A DNA stretch of 64,000 nucleotides, from positions 1-64,000 of IMG/VR virus record IMGVR_UViG_3300020596_000014. One strand, 5' to 3'. The translations under genes and the position numbers were made by a program. This document shows positions 57,767 through 64,000 of this stretch, one piece after another. Source of the stretch: a virus. Positions within the stretch are counted from its first letter, which is position 1. The number at the start of each line of letters is the position of its first letter. The notes under the pieces are model-generated. The model had not been told where the DNA came from. It saw only the letters and a program-made list of their open reading frames with translations, and made no database searches.

Positions 57767-58525
57767 ATGCACTTCCATTGGCAGAACCTGACCGACGAAC
57801 GCAAGCAACGAACAAAGACCTGGCCATATCACGGGAGAGCGTGGCTTCATCCCGATTCGGGCGCCGTGGATTCCTTCTGTTTCTCATGGAATCTGTGGTC
57901 GCGCTTCTGCGGCGTTTCTTTCTTCGCGTCGTCTGACCGCGAAGACAGTCTCGCAGTCTCGCTCGCTTTCCCACCATTTGCATTCTGGTTCACGATCGAC
58001 GCGCGCAGTTGGTTGCTGCGTTTCGTCACGTGGATAGTCGCTCTTCAACCGTCTGACATGGGGAACAAGTGGTCGGGTCGCGAGTTATCGATCCGCGTGC
58101 ACGACTGGGCGATCTGGTGGAGCGTCTGGGTCGACGACTCTGGTTGGACTAGTTCGCGCTCTAAGTGGCGCGACGGATGCTTTCACTTACTGGGGCACAA
58201 CTGTCGTCAAGGTGACGTAGAGGAGATCCTGACACGCATGGATTACATCCAGATGCCTGAGCGGAAGTACGAATGCAAGGTCACGCTCGAGCGCGTGAGA
58301 TTCGGCTGGGATCGACTTCCTCGCTTCTTCGACAAGATCATCACACGTGGTCATGTCGATATGCTCGACGGCGAACATATCCCGTTCCCGGGTAAGGGGA
58401 CTTGCTCACACAACTGTGACGCCGACGCGATGTACAGTTGGAACGGGCTAGTCGATTCTATCCCAGATGCGCTCGAGAAGGCGGCGGCTAGTGTCACGTG
58501 TGATAGAAAACGGTACCCGCTGTGA
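57767..58525 (+). CDS. Trp-rich hypothetical protein
   Basis: 252 aa; TATATT upstream. Confidence 0.65.
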   Translation: MHFHWQNLTDERKQRTKTWPYHGRAWLHPDSGAVDSFCFSWNLWSRFCGVSFFASSDREDSLAVSLAFPPFAFWFTIDARSWLLRFVTWIVALQPSDMGNKWSGRELSIRVHDWAIWWSVWVDDSGWTSSRSKWRDGCFHLLGHNCRQGDVEEILTRMDYIQMPERKYECKVTLERVRFGWDRLPRFFDKIITRGHVDMLDGEHIPFPGKGTCSHNCDADAMYSWNGLVDSIPDALEKAAASVTCDRKRYPL

Positions 58526-58743
58526 ATCACGAGAACCGCCCTGACTTGCAGATGCTAGCTTTGCTGTTTCTCCTTAGTAAGCAGTCGCCGATGACGCTTG
58601 AGAACCGCACCTGGTTTGTCGAGCTCGGCACAACCATTCTCGACCCTAACGACTTCACACCGCGTGCCACATTGCTCATCAATGGTGTCAAGGTCGACAT
58701 GGTAAACATGATGCAGCTGCAGAACTATCTGATCTGCGCGTGA
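58522..58743 (+). CDS. Hypothetical protein
   Basis: 73 aa, GTGA overlap. Confidence 0.5.
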   Translation: MNHENRPDLQMLALLFLLSKQSPMTLENRTWFVELGTTILDPNDFTPRATLLINGVKVDMVNMMQLQNYLICA

Positions 58744-58819
58744 CGTGAAGACTGATCGTGAAGTTTGATACGACGAGAGTCACGACCGGGCGAGAACTCG
58801 ACTGGGCTAGCCTGTAAAC

Positions 58820-59221
58820 ATGAGCGAAAGCAAGGATTGGGTCATGATTCTGATCAAGAACTGCGTCGACAGTCACTACAAAAACACATTGGGTGTGGAC
58901 AAGCAGCAGGAACTGGCGCAGTTAACGGCTGACGTGTCTGTCGCCGTGAAAGAACTGCTACCTGTCACATTCACGCACGTCGAGACTGTCACGTCGTCTG
59001 AGTTCCAGTACGCTAACGCGCGGGTGTTCGTGAACACCTACGCGGTCTCCGTGACCACCTCAGACTCGCGTGCAAAGAAGGTCGTGGACTTAGCAGAGCA
59101 AGTCGTGCGCATCGCGATGGCAAAAGGCGGCACGCGCTTCTTCCCGTACGTGCTGCTGACGCCGGTCGCCGAGTCGTCGTCTGACCGTGAGTGGTACCAT
59201 ACTAGGTTTGCGACGTCGTGA
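58820..59221 (+). CDS. Small protein with a T4 gp23 (major capsid) C-terminal-like motif
   Basis: FFPYVLLTP...YHTRFA versus T4 gp23 YAPYVALTP...FKTRYG (reference recalled, not searched). Confidence 0.6.
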   Translation: MSESKDWVMILIKNCVDSHYKNTLGVDKQQELAQLTADVSVAVKELLPVTFTHVETVTSSEFQYANARVFVNTYAVSVTTSDSRAKKVVDLAEQVVRIAMAKGGTRFFPYVLLTPVAESSSDREWYHTRFATS

Positions 59222-59532
59222 GAAAGACCAAACTACAGCAACTTCGCATGTCGAAGCGGGAGAACAAGATCTTCTCGTGCCCGGTCTCCAAGCTCAGCGA
59301 ACACGTCGAGGAGCTTAATATGTTGTTCGCCGATGGGTGGCTAGCGGAAGACACAATGGTCACGCACGATCAGTATGTCGTCCTTCTAAAGAAGGAACAT
59401 GAGGGTAAGAAAGTGTTCTACGTTGACGTGACCGGGCTTGCGCAGGATAAAATCAACGAATACATGCTGCGCGTCAAGGAGCTGGTATCCAACCCGGACC
59501 CGGACAGCGATTTCTTCATCCCGTGCAGGTGA
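59218..59532 (+). CDS. Small protein with a T4 gp20 (portal) clip-region-like motif
   Basis: KKVFYVDVTGLAQDKINEYMLRV...DFFIPCR versus gp20 [23 protein letters not shown]...DYWLQRR (reference recalled). Confidence 0.65.
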   Translation: MRKTKLQQLRMSKRENKIFSCPVSKLSEHVEELNMLFADGWLAEDTMVTHDQYVVLLKKEHEGKKVFYVDVTGLAQDKINEYMLRVKELVSNPDPDSDFFIPCR

Positions 59533-59551
59533 GAGACCTAGATTACCGCGC

Positions 59552-59905
59552 ATGAACCTCGACGACCTGGTGGGCGAGACTGTGGACTTCTACGGCGTGG
59601 ACTGCAACGTCTTCTGTGTGCAGACCGAAGACGGCGAGCGCCTCGCGTTCGAAGCCGTTGAGGATGAGAGCGACGGCTACCGCTCAATGCTCGAGGAGGT
59701 GAAACAGGCCCCGCTAGATGGCAACATCTTCTTCGACGCGCCGCTCGCGAGAGTGACGATTAGCGAGGTCAGCGAACCAGGCGGGTTCTCGGGTTACGAG
59801 CTCATGAGCGACGACGGCCACGTGTGGCTGCGCGTTGGCACAAGAAATCACGACGACTGGTACCCGTGCTTCACGTTCAGCTACGATCCGCCGAGAGACT
59901 CGTGA
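59552..59905 (+). CDS. Acidic phage hypothetical protein
   Basis: EAVEDESDGYRSML...GT.N.DDWYPCF; TAGATT upstream. Confidence 0.7.
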   Translation: MNLDDLVGETVDFYGVDCNVFCVQTEDGERLAFEAVEDESDGYRSMLEEVKQAPLDGNIFFDAPLARVTISEVSEPGGFSGYELMSDDGHVWLRVGTRNHDDWYPCFTFSYDPPRDS

Positions 59906-60114
59906 CGAACGCGTATCTGCTGCTGGCGCTCGTCGAGTTGCCGTCGGCGAACTCAACGGTGAAGCTGGAGATCAGTCGCACGTACTATGAACTCGAAGAC
60001 TTCTGTTCTCGCAAAAGTGTTCGAGTCAACGACTCTCAAGTCTTTACGGTCACGCAGGCGGAGCTTGACGCCGCGCAGGTAAGCTCCGAGTCGTACAGCA
60101 AGTACGTGGTCTAA
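59902..60114 (+). CDS. Hypothetical protein
   Basis: GTGA-coupled, 70 aa. Confidence 0.5.
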   Translation: MTNAYLLLALVELPSANSTVKLEISRTYYELEDFCSRKSVRVNDSQVFTVTQAELDAAQVSSESYSKYVV

Positions 60115-60151
60115 TAGTTCGCTGGTTGTGGTGGAAGCCTAATTACATCAT

Positions 60152-60700
60152 GTGCGCATCCTCAAGAAGCCATTAGCGCCGTCAGGCGATCTCTGGTTCC
60201 AACACAAGAGCCCGCACGGACCGTTCAACAGACTTGAGTCGCAGACGTACGAGACGCTGATCGATCAGCGCTCGGAGGACATGGACCCTGAGAACGCCGT
60301 TTACTACGTCGAAGAACGTGAAGAACACGAGATGCTTTACCACGAGCTGCTCGGCAGCGACGCGAGTCATAGCTTCACATATGCTACCATCGTAGGCTTT
60401 GAACTTATGGAGTCACCTGAGGATTACCCGGGCAACACACATTACTTTAAGCTGACAATACAACAGCTCAATGAATGTGTATTTGAACTCATTGCGGGAA
60501 AAGATCACGCGTTGGACGTTGAACCGTCTGTTGGTATGAAAGGTTTGCTAGCGTGCACCACAGCCTGGTCGGCTCATTCCGAAGAGTACGAGCCGTACCA
60601 GGACGATGTTGTGGGAGGAACAATTGACCCGCGCATCGAAGTCATCATCCCGTTTACAGTGGGGGTGCTAGCTGTGTACCCTGAGAAAGAGCTCCGCTAG
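60152..60700 (+). CDS. Acidic hypothetical protein
   Basis: TAATTA 6 nt before GTG; 182 aa. Confidence 0.6.
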   Translation: MRILKKPLAPSGDLWFQHKSPHGPFNRLESQTYETLIDQRSEDMDPENAVYYVEEREEHEMLYHELLGSDASHSFTYATIVGFELMESPEDYPGNTHYFKLTIQQLNECVFELIAGKDHALDVEPSVGMKGLLACTTAWSAHSEEYEPYQDDVVGGTIDPRIEVIIPFTVGVLAVYPEKELR

Positions 60701-60755
60701 TCGTTGACAGTCATATATGACCGCTAGCGAGTAGCCTCGATGCGTGCCGCTCGAC

Positions 60756-61094
60756 TCAGAGCGGGTCGCCCTCGCGTGCCGCTTCCTCGTCCCATACCTC
60801 CAAGAGGATCTCGTCAAACCTATCGCGGTATTGCATTTCTAGTTCCCCGGCCCGTTCGAGGCGATCCATCGCGTCGTCCATAATCTTGTCGGGCATATCA
60901 TCAGGATCCGGGTATCTGTCGGTGAGCGCTGCTACCTGCGCGTCCCAATCGTGGTTGAGCAATTGTGAGTCAGGCTGTTCCTTCAGCCAAGCGCGCGCCC
61001 GCCTTCTAGCCTCGATATACGAGGGACAAAAGAAATGTCCTGCGTCTGACTGATCGGTCCCCTCGATACGGTTGCAGCCACGTTCACGCGTCAT
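60756..61094 (-). CDS. Hypothetical protein
   Basis: 112 aa, ATGA-coupled. Confidence 0.55.
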   Translation of the reverse strand: MTRERGCNRIEGTDQSDAGHFFCPSYIEARRRARAWLKEQPDSQLLNHDWDAQVAALTDRYPDPDDMPDKIMDDAMDRLERAGELEMQYRDRFDEILLEVWDEEAAREGDPL

Positions 61095-61792
61095 CGCTTC
61101 GTACTTCTAGAGAGCGAACGCTTCTTCGTTGTCGGAGGCGATGACCTTCGGGCTACCCAGGTATCCACGCGAGACTGTTCCGCTGCTTTTTCATGTGTCA
61201 CAGCGTCTGTTGCGGCTTTTTTCTGCGCGGCTTCTGCCGCCTCCACCGCGATCTGCAATGCCGGGGTGATGACGTTAATGATCTCTGCCCACCACGGACC
61301 ATCCTCAAAGTGCCACGGAGCGTTCATGTAGACCTGCTTCCAGTGACGGGGCTCGTCACAATTACTATTGGGATACCCTCCAACAGGTACCGGGCCGCCA
61401 AGAACGACATGTATCTCGCCGCCAATCGTTAGATTGCCAGGATCATCGTGATACGGGACATAGGCAATATCTCGGTGCTCCCCTAGAACTATAGCCGTCG
61501 CGCGATAGCCAATGTTGATGCGCTCTCCAACTCTGCCATCGGCTCGATACAGCCGAGCCATGAGAGTGCACAGGGCATTACCCGGTGCGCGTTGCAGCTC
61601 TCCGTCCGCGTAGGCTTTCACTAGCGCAGCTTGGCTCGCCAGCCACTCCGCGCTAGGGACATAGATCGGTTCCGGATGCGCCAAGGCGTACGCGCGATTC
61701 TTTGCGATTGCTTTTTTCCATCGTTCACTACATGCCATCTGATTCGTCCTCAGTGTTGATTCGTCAACGCCTTTAGGAGCTAAGAGCAACAT
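61091..61792 (-). CDS. Hypothetical protein
   Basis: 233 aa ORF. Confidence 0.55.
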   Translation of the reverse strand: MLLLAPKGVDESTLRTNQMACSERWKKAIAKNRAYALAHPEPIYVPSAEWLASQAALVKAYADGELQRAPGNALCTLMARLYRADGRVGERINIGYRATAIVLGEHRDIAYVPYHDDPGNLTIGGEIHVVLGGPVPVGGYPNSNCDEPRHWKQVYMNAPWHFEDGPWWAEIINVITPALQIAVEAAEAAQKKAATDAVTHEKAAEQSRVDTWVARRSSPPTTKKRSLSRSTKR

Positions 61793-61841
61793 GCCCCGTT
61801 TCCACGCGCTAGCGTGGCCTCAACCTCTAGCTGTAAAGCCT

Positions 61842-61873
61842 AGAGTAACACGTCGTCGAGACTGTGTTACTCT
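61842..61873 (+). promoter_or_regulatory. Hairpin immediately upstream of the GIY-YIG start
   Basis: Perfect 10-bp inverted repeat AGAGTAACAC / GTGTTACTCT ending 6 nt before GTG 61880. Confidence 0.55.
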
Positions 61874-61879
61874 TATAAA

Positions 61880-62782
61880 GTGACATCTTTCATCATCTAC
61901 CTGATCACATGCACCGTCAACGGCAAAAAGTACGTTGGCCAGTCCGAGGTGCCTCTCGAAGAACGTTGGCAGAAGCATGTTGCAAGCTCGCGTTGCCCCA
62001 CATCGAAGGCTTACAAGAAGATGTCGATCGTTCGAGCGATCGCGAAGCATGGTTCTGAGAACTTCATTAGAGAAGTGATCGAGAAGTGTTCCTCTTACGA
62101 CGCGATGGACGTCGCCGAGATCGACTGGATTGCGAAGCTTGAGCTGACGAACCCGGACGTTGGTTACAACATCGCGAAGGGAGGCAACGCTCCGATGCGC
62201 GGTCGAAAGCACACGGCGGCCTCAAAGGCTCTGATGCGTATGGCGAAGCTCAATCCGACGGACGAGACTCGAGCGTCGTTGAAGGCTGGGCAGGCGAGAG
62301 CTAATGCCGATCCAGAGACAATACAGAGGAAGGTCGAAGCCGCGAAGCGGCGCGGTGTGCACTCGAAGCTTCTGGAAGGTCATGCTCGCTTCTTTGAGAA
62401 CGGTATGCCGGAAGAGACGAAGCAGAAGTTGAGCGTCGCGATGTCAGGTGAGAAGAACGCGAACTACGGGAAGCCGGTACCTGCCGAGCGAAAGAAGAAG
62501 CTTTCGGCTGCCCATCAAGGTAAAATCTTGTCAACTGAACACAAAGCAGCCATTGCTCGCGGAGTCGTCGGGAAGTGTTCGTCGCGCGGTCTCAACCGTC
62601 GCCCTGTGCACGTTTACGAGAACGATGAGCACGTTGCTAGCTACCTCAGGCTAGAGTTCGTAGCTGAAGACATGGGCGTCAGCGTCAAAACGTTGCGAGC
62701 TTGGTTGTGCTCTGGGAAGAAATTCGGCAACCGTCGCTACGTACAAGACGAAAGTACGATCAGCGCATTGCGCTCTAAGTAA
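61880..62782 (+). mobile_element. GIY-YIG homing endonuclease with NUMOD3 repeats and C-terminal HTH
   Basis: IIY...YVG, RW..H, E..WI, GYN...GG; repeats of ETKQKLS and EHKAAI; RPV C-terminal domain. Confidence 0.9.
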
Positions 62783-62791
62783 AGGATATCA

Positions 62792-63508
62792 ATGGGTTTC
62801 TTGGATTCAAGCACGAACAATATTTTAGTTGACTGCGTTCTAACCGACTCTGGAAGACAATTCCTCGCCCGCAACGACGGGAGCTTCTCTCTCGTCAAGT
62901 TTGCCCTTGGCGACGACGAGGTCGACTACTCGAACATCAAGAAGTACGGTCGCACGGTTGGCAAGGAGCGCATCGAGAAGCTCACGCCAGTGCTCGAGGC
63001 CCTGACCAACCAGTCATACGCGATGAAGTACAAACTTATCAGCGTGTCTAATCCAAACCTCGTCCGACTCCCGCGTCTGACCCTGTCCGGCGACTCTAGC
63101 GTCTCTAGCTCCACCAGCCTTGTCACGCTCGGTCGCACGACTCAGAAGACGTCCGTTGTCTCCATCGAGCAGACGATCCAGGGCGAGTCGACCATCGATG
63201 TTGAGCTGCGCGACCAGGTGTTTCAGGTCGAGATGAGTAATCTATTCCTGCAGATTCTGCAGGGCACGCCGGACGCCGTCGATGGACAGTCGCGCGCGAC
63301 CTATCTGATCCCGCGCTCGTCTAGCGAGAACAGTCAGGGAGGCTCTACCCTGCAGTTCACGCTCGCCGCCAAGTCGATCCCGGATGCACAGTTCACTGTC
63401 TACGGGTCGACTTCTAACAAGAACATCATCTCGACGTACGTACGCGTGACCGGTCTGCAGTCGGGCGCCGTCCTCGAGTACCGTGTTAACATCAACAAGA
63501 GTCTGTGA
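62792..63508 (+). CDS. Putative virion structural (tail/baseplate-associated) protein
   Basis: MGFLD.....VD.VLTD.GR..LAR.DGSF...KFALGDDEVDY; AAGGA Shine-Dalgarno. Confidence 0.75.
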   Translation: MGFLDSSTNNILVDCVLTDSGRQFLARNDGSFSLVKFALGDDEVDYSNIKKYGRTVGKERIEKLTPVLEALTNQSYAMKYKLISVSNPNLVRLPRLTLSGDSSVSSSTSLVTLGRTTQKTSVVSIEQTIQGESTIDVELRDQVFQVEMSNLFLQILQGTPDAVDGQSRATYLIPRSSSENSQGGSTLQFTLAAKSIPDAQFTVYGSTSNKNIISTYVRVTGLQSGAVLEYRVNINKSL

Positions 63509-63589
63509 CACCATCTCGGTTGCTTTCGACGGCCGGGCGGTGAGACGTGGCCTTTGCTCTTCAAGCCGGGACGTCTAGCTTCTTGCTGT

Positions 63590-63867
63590 GTGATCTACCG
63601 AGTCGACAACAGGGAGGCGGGCTTGACCTACGTCGGGCAGACCGTCCTGCCGCTCGAGGATCGTTGGAAGGCACACCGATGAAACGAAGAAAAGCTAGCA
63701 AACCGGTGAGACAACTCACGTCGCTTGGCGACGTTGTTGCTATCTTCGAGTCGTTGACAGCCGCGGCAAAGGCGAACGGGTACTCGAAAGGTGCCGTATG
63801 TAACAACATTCGGGACTCAGAGCGATGACCGCTCAAGGACGTCAAGTTCGAGCACGTTACTACGTAA
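63590..63867 (+). pseudogene. Internally deleted GIY-YIG / NUMOD1 endonuclease
   Basis: VIYRVDNREAGLTYVGQTVLPLEDRWKAHR* followed in another frame by KPVRQLTSLGDVVAIFESLTAAAKANG.., with an internal TGA. Confidence 0.75.
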
Positions 63868-63878
63868 GGAACAAGTAA

Positions 63879-64000
63879 ATGGCAATCTACAAAGAGCTCA
63901 GCTCGGATAACTTAAAAACGGCACGCTCGTTTTTGTCACAGCTCGTTGAAGTCTTGCAGCAAGACATCTCTGGCTCCTCCACACGACGCAAGTATCAGCA
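63879..64000 (+). CDS. 5' end of a probable structural gene (truncated by window)
   Basis: AAGGA Shine-Dalgarno; MAIYKELSSDNLKTARSFLSQLVEVLQQDISGSSTRRKYQ open to the edge. Confidence 0.65.
   Translation, partial: MAIYKELSSDNLKTARSFLSQLVEVLQQDISGSSTRRKYQ

Noticed and set aside
61880-62782. Group I intron around the GIY-YIG gene
   Set aside because: Flanking genes are not split and I see no room or motifs for an intron core; treated as free-standing.
1-64000. Alternative genetic code (stop-codon reassignment)
   Set aside because: Genes are full length in code 11, and TAA, TAG and TGA all end coupled genes.

Overview
The window looks like part of a large (jumbo-type) tailed phage genome, about 55% GC by eye, using the standard genetic code with dense ATGA/GTGA-coupled genes. 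From left to right: T4-like baseplate genes (gp6-like wedge cut by the window edge, gp25-like, gp5/spike-like) and a gp55-like late sigma factor. Next is a very large glycan-modification island (5.8-8.3 kb and 14.8-40.8 kb) with about 12 glycosyltransferase genes, 6 SAM methyltransferases, ugd, a GME-like epimerase, rmlA/B/D, two 2OG-Fe(II) oxygenases and a Dam-like DNA methylase. The island is interrupted by a kinase/phosphatase/Pth2/tRNA-like block. Then come a proteostasis block (degenerate chaperonin, ClpP, Hc1-like, PIN-PhoH), large virion proteins, small accessory genes, and intact and decayed homing endonucleases. The most unusual signals are: (1) two coupled small genes resembling isolated fragments of T4-type major capsid and portal proteins (candidate decoys); (2) a shared N-terminal leader plus a TANNTA promoter on unrelated proteins, including a kinase; (3) a tRNA-like RNA with a broken anticodon arm upstream of a Pth2 operon; (4) an endonuclease that appears to have displaced the ugd N-terminus; (5) a duplicated unannotated membrane microprotein bracketing two methyltransferases. 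All family calls come from motif recognition by eye and recalled reference sequences; no database search was run.
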